Part shown: positions 47,609 to 59,162 of the stretch, in pieces
Layout of the letters: the number at the start of each line of letters is the position of its first letter
Numbering within the stretch: position 1 is the stretch's first letter
From: Squalus acanthias
Taxonomy: Eukaryota
Direction of reading: 5' to 3'
DNA: 64,000 bases
Assembly (NCBI GenBank): GCA_030390025.1
Contig: JASTWF010000323.1
Coordinates: 62,001 to 126,000 of the forward strand
Program-made: the position numbers and the translations under genes
The notes under the pieces: generated by a model
What the model was told of the DNA's origin: nothing
Databases searched by the model: none
Seen by the model: only the letters and a program-made list of their open reading frames with translations

Positions 47609-48547
47609 TGGCAGGAAAAATCCTAGAGCAATTTATTATCTTAATGGCAAGAAACTGGAGAGTACTGAAGTGCAAAGGGATCTGGGGGTCCTGGTGCACG
47701 AAACTCAAAAGGTTAGTATGCAGGTGCAGCAAGTGATTAAGAAGGCAAATGGAATGTTGGCTTTCATTGCTAGGGGGATAGAATATAAAAATAGGGAGGT
47801 ATTGCTTCAGTTGTACAAGGTATTGGTGAGACCGCACCTGGAATACTGCATACAGTTTTGGTGTCCTTACTTAAGGAAAGACATCCTTGCTCTCGAGGCA
47901 GTGCAAAAAAGGTTCACTCGGTTAATCCCGGGGATGAGGGGGTGGTCATATGAGGAGAGGTTGGGTAGATTGGGACTCTACTCATTGGAGTTCAGAAGAA
48001 TGAGAGGCGATCTTATTGAAACATATAAGATTGTGAAGGGGTTGGATCGGGTGGATGCGGGGAGGATGTTCCCGATGACGGGTGAGACGAGAACTAGGGG
48101 ACATAGTCTTAGAATAAGGGGCTGCTCTTTCAAAACTGAGATGAGGAGGAACTACTTCACTCAGAGGGTGGTAGGTCCATGGACTATGCTGCCACAAAAA
48201 GCTGTAGAAGCTACAACATTAATTAAATTTAAAACAGAAATAGACAGTTTCCTAGAAGTAAAGGGCATTAAGGGTTACGGGGAGCGGGCAGGAATTTGGA
48301 CATGAGTCTAGGTTCGGATCGGTCATGGCCCTGTGGGTAGTGGAGTGGGCCCATGGACTGTGTAGCCTGATTCTGCTCCTATTTCGTGTGTGCAATTCTG
48401 TTAGATGCAGGAGATGGTTCTGTGATAGATAGTAGATTGGCGGTTAGGATCAGATCAGCCATGATCTTATTGAATGGCGGAGCAGGCTCGAGGGGCCGAT
48501 TGGCCTACTCCTGCTCCTATTTCTTATGTTCTTATGTTCTTATGTTC
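47609..48547 (+). mobile_element. Young 5'-truncated CR1 inserted antisense into copy D
   Basis: Open frame FGRKN..YCIQFWCP..GYGERAGIWT to 48305; (TTATGTTC)n tail; tatgtt at both junctions. Confidence 0.93.
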
Positions 48548-50200
48548 CCCAACATCTCTGAGAGTTTATCTGTGTCCTGCTTTGTGAGACAGAACCAAAG
48601 TATGTATTTAATTGGACTGCAATTTCTTTGTTCCCCATTATAAATTTCCCTGATTCTCACTGCAAGGGACCTATATTTGACTTCACCAATCTTTTTCTCT
48701 TCACATATCGATAGAAGCGTTTACAGTCAGTTTTTATGTTCCTTTAAAGCTTACTCTCATATTCTATTTTCCCCCTCTTAATTAATCCATTTGTCCTCCT
48801 TTGCTGAATCCTAAACCTATTCCAATACTCAGGTTTGCTGCTTTTTCGGGCCAATGTAAATGTCCTCTCCTTGGATCTTATGCTATCCCTAATTTCCCTT
48901 GTTAGCCACGATTGAGTCACATTTTTTGTTTTATTTGTATGCCATACAGGGATGATCAAATTCTACAGTTCATCCATGCGATCTTTAAATGTTTGCCGTT
49001 GCCTATCTTTAACTCACATTCCCCAATACATCCTAGCCAACTCGCGCGTCGTACCATCGAAGTTTCCTTTAATTAAATTCAGGACTCTAGTCTCTGAGTC
49101 AACTACTTCACTCTCCATCTCCAAGAATTCTATCATATTATGATCGCTCCTCCCCAAGGGCCCTCGCACAACAAGATTGCTAATTACTCCTTTCTCATTA
49201 CATAATACCCAGTCTAAGATGGGCTGATCTCCAGTTGGTTCCTCGACATATTGGTCCAGCAAACCATCCCGTATACACTCTAGGAATTCCTACTCCACAG
49301 TATTGTTACTAATTTGGTTAGTCCAATGTATATGTAGATTAAAGTCACCCACGATAACTGCAGTGCCCTTATTGAACGCGTCTCTAATTTCCCGTTTTAT
49401 GCCATCCCCAAACTCAGCATTACTGTTTGGGGGTCTGTATGCAACTCCCACTAACGTTTTCTGCCCATTGGTATTTCTCAGCTCTAACCATACAGATGCC
49501 ACATCATCAGAGCTAATATCGTTCCTTACTGTTGTGTTAATCTCCTCTTTAAACAGGAATGCTACCCCACCTCCTTTTCCTTTTTGTCTGTCCATCCAGA
49601 ATATTGAATACCCTTGGACGTTGAATTTCCAGCCTTGGTCAAACTGTAGCCATGTCTCCGTAATCCCAATTATATGATATCTGTTTACATCTATTTGCGC
49701 AGCTAATTCATCCACCTTATTATGAATGTTCCTCGCATTAAGACACAAAGCCTTCAGGCTTTTTTTTAACACTCTTAGTCCTTTTAGAATTATTATTTAC
49801 TGCAGCCCTGTTTGATTTATACCCTTGATTTCTCTGCCTTCCACTTTTGCTTTTCTCCTTCCTGTCTTTTGCTTCTATCCTTGCTTCCCTTTCCTCTGTT
49901 TCCCTGCACAGGTTCCCAACCCGCTGCCATTTTAGTTTAAACCCTCCCCAACAGCACTAGTAAACACACCCCCTAGGACATCGGTCCCGGTCCTGCCCAC
50001 GTACAAGACGTCCAGTTTGTACTGTTCCCACCTCCCCCAGAACTGGTTCTAATGTCCCAGGAATTTGAAGCCCTCCCCCTTGCACCATTCCTCTAGCCAC
50101 GTATTTATCTGAAATATCCTAATATTTCTACTCTCACTAGCACGTGGCACCGGTAGCAAACCTGAGATTACTTCCTTTGAGGTCCTGTTTTTTTAATTTA

Positions 50201-50650
50201 ACCAGCCCTGGGAGTGTTTCATGGGACAGTGTACAGTGTAAATCTCCCTGTACATTGTCCCCTGAAATACTCCCATGGCTGGTACAGCACGGGTTAAAAT
50301 AGATTAAAGCTCCCTCTACACTGTCCTATCAAACACTTCCATGGCAGGTAAAGCGCGGGTTAGATACAGAATAAACCACCCTCTGCAGTCTCCTATCAAA
50401 CACTAGGAGGACTGTTACAGCCCGGGACCGATGCAGAATAAAGCTGCATCTTCAGTTCCCCATCAAACACTCCTAGGACCTGTACAGCACGGGTTAGATA
50501 CAGAGTTAAGCTCCCTCTATACTGACCCGTCAAAATCTCCCCGGGCAGTTACAGTGCCGGTTAGATGCAGAGTAAAGCTCCATCTACACTGTCCCATCAA
50601 ACACTCCCAGGGCAGTTGCAGCACGGGTTATGTACAGAGTAAAACGTCCA
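50201..50650 (+). repeat. 67-bp satellite (first 36 bp inverted)
   Basis: Direct match to the consensus. Confidence 0.9.
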
Positions 50651-50658
50651 GTAATTTA

Positions 50659-53600
50659 GGTAGCGTAGTGGTAATTTCACTTGGCTAGTATTTCAGTTAA
50701 GCCTGGTCCAGAGAAATGAGTTCAAATGCCACCACGCCAGCTGGGGAATTTTAATGCAGTTAATTAAATAAATCTGGAATAAAGGGCTAGTATCAGTAAT
50801 GGTAACTACGAATCTATCGGATTGTCATATAAAACCAATCTGGTTCATTAATATCCGTTAGGGAAAGAAATCTGCCGTGTTTACCCGTTCTGACCTATAT
50901 GTGACTCCAGGCCATCAGCAATGTGGTTGATTCGAAACTGCCCTCTGAAATGGACGTGCATGTCACTCAGTTGTAACTAACAGCTACGACACAAAATAAT
51001 AAGAATGAAATCGGCTGCAGACATGCCAACGGCACACCCAACCCAGTCGACAAAGCAAAGTCCTCCTCACCAACATCTGGGGAGAGCGGTCCCACAGAAT
51101 AGTGAAACAAAAGCCTGACATAGTGATACTGACAGAATCATACCTTTCAGCAAATGCCCCAATATCCTACATCACCATCCCTGGGAATGTCCTGTCCCAG
51201 CAGCAGGACAAACCCAGTCGGTATACAGTCGGGAAGGAGTTACCCTGGGAGTCCTCAACATTGACTCCGGAATCCATGAAGTCTCATGGCTTCAGGTCAA
51301 GCATGGGTAAGGAAACCTCCTGCTGATTACCACCTACCACCCTCCCTCAGCTGGTGAATCAATACTCCTCCATGTTGAACAACACTTGGAAGAAGCACTG
51401 AGAGTAGCAAGGGCACAGAATGTACTTTGGGTGGGGGACTTCAATGTCCATCACCAAGCGTGGCTCGGTAGCAACACGAATGAATGAGTCCTGAAGGACT
51501 TAACTGCCAGTCTGGGCCTGCGGCAGGTGGTGAGTGAAAAACCTACCTGACCTCGTCCTCACCAATCTACCTGTCGCAGATTCATCGGTCCATGACAGCA
51601 TTGGCAGCAATGACCACCGCACAGTCATTGTGCAGACGAAGACCCGTCTTCACACTGAAGAAACAACTCCATCGTGTTGTGTGGCATCACCACCGTGCTA
51701 AATGGGATAGATTCAGAACAGAGCTAGTAGCTCAAAACTGTGCATCCATGAGTCGTTGTCGACCATCAGCTGCAGCAGGATTGTATTCCACCACAATCTG
51801 TAACCTCATGACCTGGCATATCAATCACTCTACCATTACCACCTAGCCAGGGGACCAACCCTGGTTCAATAAGGAGTGTAGAAGAGCATGCCAGGAGCAC
51901 GACGATGCACACCTAAAAATGAGGTGCCAAACTGGGGAAGCTGCAACACAGGACTCCATGCATGCTAAAAGTATCAAGCAACATGCTACATACAGACAGG
52001 GCTAAGCGATCCCACAATCAACGGATCAGATCAAAGCTCTGCAGTCCTGCCACATCCAGTAGTGAATGTTGGTGGACCATTAAACAACTAACGGGAGGAG
52101 GCGGCCCCAAGAATATCCCCATCCTGAATGATGGTGGAGCCCAGCACGTGAGTGCCGAAAGACAAGGCTGAAGCGTTTGCAACCAACTTCAGCCAGAAGT
52201 GCCGAGTGGATGATCCATATCTGCCTACTCCCGAGGTCTCCATCATCACAGAAGCCATCTTCAGCCATTTCGATTCACTACACGTGATATCAAGAAACGG
52301 CTGGGCGCATGGATGCAGCAAATGCTATGCGCCCCGAAAACATCCCGGCTATCGTGCTGACCACTTGTGCTTCAGAACTAGCCGCGCCTGTAGCCACGCT
52401 GTTCCAGTACAGCTATAACTCTGGCATCTATCCTACAATGTGGAAAACTGCCCATGTATGTCCTGACCAAAAAAGCAGGACAAATCCAACCCGGCCAATT
52501 GCCGCCCCATCAGACTATTCTCAATCATCAGCAAAGTGATGGAAGCTGTCGACAGTGCTAGCAAGCGGCACTTACTCACTGATGCCCAGTTTGGGGTCCC
52601 CCAAGAACACTCGGCTCCCGACCTCATTACAGCTTTGGTCCAAACATGGACAAAGGAGCTGAATTCCACAGGTGAGCTGAGAGTGACTGTCTTTGACATC
52701 AAGGAAACATTTGACCGAGTGTGGCATCAAGGAGAACTCGTAAAACTGAAGTCAATGGGAATCAGGGGTTAAACGCTCCGGTGGCTGGAGTCATACCTAG
52801 CACAAAGGAAGATGGTTGTGGTGGTTGAATGTCAATCATCACAGCCCTAGGACATCGATGCAGGAGTTCCACAGGGCAGTGCCTCGGCCCAGACATCTCC
52901 AGCGGCTTCATCACTGACCTTCCCTCCAACATAAGGTCAGAAATGGGGATGTTCGCTGCTAACTGCACAGTGTTCAGCTCCATTCACTGCTCCTCAGATA
53001 ATGAAGCAGTCCATGCCCGAATGCAACAAGACCTGGACGACGTTCAGGCTTATAAGCGGCAGATAACTTTCGCGCCACAGAAGTGCCAGGCAATGACTAT
53101 CTCCAACAAGTGAGATTCTAATAACCTCCCCTTGACATTCATTGGCAATACCATCGCCGAATACCCCACTATCAACAACTTGGGCGTCACCATTAACCAG
53201 CAACTATACTGGATCCGCCACATAAATACTGTGGCAACAAGAGCAGGTCAAAGGCTAGGTATTCTGCGGCGAGTGTCTCACCTCCTGACTCCCCAAAGTC
53301 TTTCCACCATCTACAAGGCACAAGTATGGAGTGTGATGGAATACTCTCCAATTGCCTGGATGAGTGCAACTCCAACAACACTAAAGATGCTCGTCACAAT
53401 CAAGGACAAAGCAGCTCGTTTGAGTGGCACCCAATCCAGCACCTTTAACAGTCAATCCCTCCACCATCGGCGCACCGTCGCTGCAGTGTGTACCATCTAC
53501 AAGATGCACTGCAGCAACTCGCCAAGGCCTGCTCTGCAGCACCTTCCAAACCCGCGATCTCTTCCACCTAGAAGGACAAGGGCAGCAGGCGAATAGGTAC

Positions 53601-53856
53601 GCCGCCACCTCCAAGTTCCCCTGCAATCACATACCATCCTGACTTAGAAATATATCGCCGATGCTTCATCGTCGCTAAGTCAAAATCCTGGAACTCACTA
53701 CCTAACAGCACTCTGGATTACTATCACCACACGGACTGCATCGGTTCAAAAAGGCCGCTCACCACCACCTTCTCAAGGGCAACTAGGGATGGGCAATAAA
53801 TGCTGACATTGCCAGCGACGCCAAGATCACATAAACGAATAAAAAAACAAGAAAAA
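50659..53856 (+). mobile_element. Decayed single-ORF LINE (APE+RT, CR1-group-like but distinct from copies A-D) with a tRNA-derived 5' head
   Basis: Head GGTAGCGTAGTGG with B box at 50720; KVLLTNIWG at 51057, PDIVILTESYL, GDFNVHH, DIKETFDRVWH, GVPQG, IYKAQVWSVMEYS; A-rich end; many frameshifts. Confidence 0.88.
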
Positions 53857-54587
53857 CTCTGCACCATCAAACACTCCCAGCCCAGGTACAGCACGGCTTA
53901 CATACAGAGTATACTCCCGCTACACTGTCCCATTAAACAATTCCAGAGCATGTACAGCACCGGTTAAAAACAGTGTAAAGCTCCCTCTCCACTGTCCCAG
54001 CAAACATTGCCAGCGTAGTTACATCACCGGTTAGATATATGATAAAGCTTCCTCCTCACTGTCGCATCACACTCCCAGGGCAGGTGCAGCACGAGTTAGC
54101 TACAGAGGAAATCTCCCTCTCCCCTGCCCCATAATGTCACATGAAACACTCCCAGGGCAGTTGCAGCACGGGCTGAAATAGAGTAATGTTCCCTCTGCAT
54201 TGTCCAATCAAACACTCGCAGGGCAGGTACAGCACGGATTAGATGCAGAGTAACGCTCCCTATAAACTTTCCTATCAAAAACTCCCAGGACAGGTACAGC
54301 GCAGGTAAGATACAGAATAAAGCTCCCTATACACTGTCCCATCAAACACTCCCAGGGCAGGTACAGCACGGGTTAGGTACAGAGTAAAGCTGCCTCTACA
54401 CTGTCCCATCAAACACTCCCAGGGCAGGTACAGCACAGGTTAGATACTGAGTAAAGCTCCCTCTACACTTTCCCATCAAACACTCCCAGGACAGGTACAG
54501 CATGGGTTAGATACAGATTAAAGCTCCCTCTACACTGTCCCATCAAACGATCCCAGGGCAGCTACAGCACGGTTTATATACAGAGTA

Positions 54588-55062
54588 CATACGAACATAC
54601 GAATTAGGAGCAGGAGTTGGCCACTCGGCACCTCGAGCCTGCTCCACCATTCAATAAGATCATGGCTGATCCGATTACTACACCTTCCCGCCTACCCCAG
54701 ATAATTTTTCACCCCTTGCTTACCAAGAATTTATCTACCTCTGCCGTATAAATATTCAAAGACTCTGCTTCCACCGCCCTCTGAGGAAGAGAGTTCCAAA
54801 GACTCACGAGTCTCTGTGAGAAAAAAATTCTCCTCAACTCTGTCTTAAATGGGCGACCCTTATTTTTGAACAGTGACCCCTAGTTCTAGATTCTCCCACA
54901 AGAGGAAACATCCTCTCCACATCCACCCTGTCCAGACCCCTCAGGATCTTATATGTTTCAATCACGTCACCTCTTACTCTTCTAAACTCCAGCGGATACA
55001 TGCCTAGCCTGTCCAAACTTTCCTCATAAGACAACCCGCCCATTCCAGGTATTAGTCTAGTA
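54588..55062 (-). mobile_element. Short CR1 3' insertion
   Basis: RLIPGMGGLSYEE..LEFRRVRGD; tail catacgaacatacgaa. Confidence 0.9.
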
Positions 55063-55459
55063 TTGAAGCTCCTTCTACAATCTCCCAACAAACACTTCCA
55101 GGGCAGGTACAGCACGGGTTAGATAGAGAGTAAATCACCCTCTACACTCTCCCATCAAACACTCCCAGGGCAGCTAAAGAACGGGTAAGATACATAGTAA
55201 ATCTGCCTCTACACTCTCCCATCAAACAGTCCCAGGGCAGGTACAGCACGTGTTAGATACAGAGTAAAGCTCTCTCTAAACTGTCCCATCACACAGTCCC
55301 AGGGCAGGTACAGCACGGGTTAGACACACAATAAATCTCCCTCTACACTGTCCCATCAAACATTCCCATGGCAGATACAGCACGGATTAGTTACAGAATA
55401 AATCTCCCACTACACTCTCCCATCAAACACTCATAGGAACGGTACACCATGGAGGTTCC

Positions 55460-55632
55460 CATTGTTCTTTCCTCTTTCCTCCATCCCCCTTTCCCTCCCT
55501 CTATAATTGCTTAAAAGCCATTACATCTCAAATATTTTCCAGTTCTGACGAAGTGCCAGCGACCTGAAAGGTTAACTCTGTTTCTCTCTCCAAAGATATT
55601 GCCTGACCTGCTGAGTATTTACAGCTGTTTCT
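55460..55632 (+). mobile_element. Penelope-like terminal repeat with decayed hammerhead core
   Basis: CTGACGA at 55545-55551, GAAA at 55566-55569, then gGTTAAC; matches 6440-6546. Confidence 0.65.
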
Positions 55633-55863
55633 GATTGAAATACAGTTTAAATACAGAGGATTTCGCCCTGCACGCATGCACATCAGGCACTCAAGGACAA
55701 GTACACCCCGGGTTAGATACAGAGTAAAGCTCTCCCTATACTGTCCCATCAAACACTCCCATGGCAGGAATTGCACGGGTTGGATACTGAATAAAGCTCG
55801 CTCTACAATCTCCCAACAATAAACCCTAGGGGAGTAACAGCTCGGGTTAGATACACTGTTCAT

Positions 55864-55972
55864 GCCTCAGTCAAGGAAATTCATTCCCTGAGCCGGCTAC
55901 ATTGATCTGTTCCCACATCAATTCAGGAATTTCATTCCCAGGGTCGCCATGATTTCTCAGCTCCCGCTCACT
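55864..55972 (-). repeat. Two units of the 51-bp satellite, reverse orientation
   Basis: gcctcagtcaaggaaattcattccc and caggaatttcattccaggg are reverse complements of the 33.6-35.8 kb unit. Confidence 0.75.
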
Positions 55973-56292
55973 TTCGCTAACATTGCGAGTGTAAATGAAC
56001 TGCGATGGTCTCTGTATTTAAATTGAATGTCAAGCATTACCAAGGCAGGAACTTTAATGGGCACTGTGTGTTAGCGAGAGAATATTTACAGGTTGAATCC
56101 CTCCCGTATAAGTAATGTGTCAGTGTTGAGGTGATGCTGAGAGAGCAGATTTGGGTAATAGAAACAGGCAGAAGCAGAATGATCCAGAGAGGAAAATGGA
56201 AGGGGATCCATCTTTGTTTTCTTTACAAATCAGAGCATAAAACAACGTCATCTTGTAAAAAGTGGGAGTTTGTTAAGAGGTGATAAATTTTG

Positions 56293-57066
56293 TTAGGAAG
56301 AATGAGCAGAGGCAATGTGAACTAAATGGTACAATTTTAAAGTGTTTGCAGGAACAGAGAGACCTGGGGCTGTATGTACACAAATCTTGGAAGGACAATT
56401 TGGGAAGGCTGTGAACAAACCATTCGGGATCTTGAGATTTATTAATAGAGGCACAGAGTTCAAAAGCAAGGAAGTTATTGCTAAAACATTATAAACAATG
56501 GTTAGGCCCCAGCTGCAGTATTGTGTCCAATTCTGGGGAACACATTTTATGCACGTTGTGAAAGTCTGGGAGAGGGTGCGGAGGAGATTTAATAGAATGG
56601 TATCAGGAATGAGGGACTCCAGTTCTGTGTAGAGACTGGAGAGGCTCGGGTTTTTCTCCTTAGAGCAGAGAAGATTAAAAGGAAATTTGATTGTGGCGTT
56701 CAAAATCATGAATCGTATTGATAATGTAAATAAGGAAAAGTTGTTTCGAGTGGCAGAAGGGTCAGTAACCAGAGGACACGGATTTAAGGTGACTGGAAAA
56801 AGAATCAGAGGCGACAGGAGGAATTATTTTTTTTACACAGCGAGTTGATGTGATCTGGATTGCACTGCCTGAAAGGGCGCTGCAATCCGATTCGAAAGCA
56901 ACTTCCAAAAGGGATTTGGATACATTTTTGATGGAATATGATTTACAGGTCGATGGGGAATCAGCAGTGGAGTGGGATTAATTGGACAGGTCTTTCAAAG
57001 TGCCGGTACAGGCAAGTTGGATCGAATGGTCTCGTCCTGTGCTGTACCATTCTATGATTCTATGAT
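56293..57066 (+). mobile_element. 5'-truncated CR1
   Basis: VRPQLQYCVQFW; tail ttctatgattctatga. Confidence 0.9.
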
Positions 57067-57251
57067 GTAATGTTTGTCAGATGATGCTGCAAGACTGAGA
57101 ACAAGGGATTGTTCATATCAGAAGCACGGATAAGATCTTTCAAAGAGCACAGGAGATCATTTAGCAACATATGCATACTAGAGTGAGGAGAGAGCGCGAG
57201 CTGGGAGAATGTTTGTGTAACCAGGACACATAAAACTGTGAGTGCCCTGAT

Positions 57252-59160
57252 CGAACATACGAACAAGGAGCAGGAGTAGGCCACTCGGCCCTTCGAGACT
57301 GCTCCGCCATTCAATAAGATCATGGCTGAGCTGATTACTCCACATTCCCGCCTACCCCCGATAACTTTTAACCCCCTTGCTAACCAAGAATCTATCCACC
57401 TCTGCCTTAAAAATATTCAAAGAATCTACTTCCCCCGCCCTCTGAGGAAGAGAGCTCCAAAGATTCACGACCCTATGTGAGATAAAATTTCTCCTCATCT
57501 CTGTATTAAATGGGCGACCCCTTATTTTTAAACAGCGACCCCTAGTTCTAGATTCTCCCACAAGAGTAAACATCCTCTCCAGATCAACTCTGTCCAGACC
57601 CCTCAGGATCTTATATGTTTCAATTAAGTCACCTCTTATTCGTCTAAACTCCAGCGGAAAACAGCCTGTCCAACCTGTCCTCATAAGACTATCTAACCAT
57701 TCCAGGTATTAGTCTAGTAAACTTCTCTGAACTGCCTCCAACGGATTTACATCCTTCCTTAAATAAGGTTACCAATACTGTACACAGTACTCTAGATGTG
57801 GTCTCACCAATGCCCTGTACAACTGAAGTATAACCTCCCTACCTTTGTATTCAATTCCCCTCGCAATAAACGATAACATTCTATTAGCTTTCCATTTACT
57901 TGCTGTACCTGCATAGTAACCTTTTGTGATTCATGCACTAGGACACCCAGATCCCTCTGCATCTCAGAGCTCTGTAATCTCTCAGCATTTAGATTATATA
58001 ATTCTTTTTTACTCGTCCTGCCAAATTGGACAACTTCACATTTCCGCACATTATACTCCATCTGACAGATCTTTGCGCACTCACTTAACTTATCTATATC
58101 CCTTTGTAGCCTCCATATGTCCTCTTAACAATTTACTTTCCTACCTATCTTTATGTCATCAACAAATTTAGCAACCGTACCTTTGGTCCCTTCATTCAAG
58201 TCATTTATATAAATTGTATAATTTTTCTCTCCTTATTAATCTTTTAGTCACTCTTTGCTGTTTTTTATATTCTGTGCAATCTTCTGACATGCCACCCATC
58301 TTTGTGCAATTATATGCTTTTTCTTTAAGTTTAATACTATCTTTAACTTTTTAAGTTAACCACGGATAGTGGTCCTCCCCTTGGAATTTTCCTTTCTTGT
58401 TGGAATGTATATATTCTGTGTATTTTGAAATATACCCTTAAATGTCTGCCACTGCAACTCTATTGACCTACCCCTTAACGTAATTTGCCAGTTCACATTA
58501 GCTAGCTCTGCTTTCATACCCTCCTAATTGCCCTTAATTAAGTTCAAAATACCAGTCTTGGAACCACTCTTCTCTCTCTCAAACTGAATATTAAATTCAA
58601 TCATATTATGATCTCTGCTACCTCGGGGCGCCTTCACTATGAGGTCATTAATCCTATCTTGTTCCACAATACCAGGTCTAGTATAGCCTGCTCTCTGGTC
58701 GGCTCCAGAACGTGCTGTTGTAAAAAATTATCCCGAAAGCATTCCATGAATTCCTCATCTATGCTACCTTTGCCCAACTGATTTTTCCAGTCTATATGCA
58801 GATAAAATCCCCCCATGACTATTTCCGTACCATTCTGACAAGCACCCATTCTTTCTTCCTTTATACACCATCCTACCATGTGGTTACTGTTACGGGGCCT
58901 GTACGCAACTCCCACAAGTGACTCCTTGCCATTATTATTTCTCATCGCTACCCAAACCGCTTCTACATCCTGGTTTCCTGAACTTAGGTCATCCCTCTCT
59001 ATTGTGCTAATACCATCATTAATTAACAGAGCCAACGCTCCACCTTTTCCCACCTTCCTGTCCTTCCTAAATTTCATGCACCCTTCAATATTCTGTTCCC
59101 AATCTATGTCATCCTGCAGTCATGTTTCTGTAATGGCGATCAGATCATATTTATGTATTT
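57252..59160 (-). mobile_element. CR1 with an internal deletion (EN/linker joined to the RT end at ~58220)
   Basis: ORFs at 58637 (VAYRPRNS..AILDLVL), 57804 and 57352; tail cgaacatacgaac. Confidence 0.88.
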
Positions 59161-59162
59161 CT

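Larger units (their letters stand above)
45698..50200 (-). mobile_element. CR1 LINE copy D (ORF1 end to 3' tail) with two nested insertions
   Basis: ORFs at 49290 (NARNIHNK..GDFNLH), 49014 and 45985; same family as copies B and C. Confidence 0.92.
53858..55860 (+). repeat. 67-bp satellite array with CR1 and PLE insertions
   Basis: Near-consensus units; period measured from 54341 to 54408. Confidence 0.95.

Noticed and set aside
47439..48305. Novel 288-aa protein
   Set aside because: Chance fusion of antisense CR1 sequence (first ~56 aa) with a nested sense CR1 C-terminus
57081..57237. Possible exon between tgtcAG and GTGAGT
   Set aside because: Stops in all three frames and no other support
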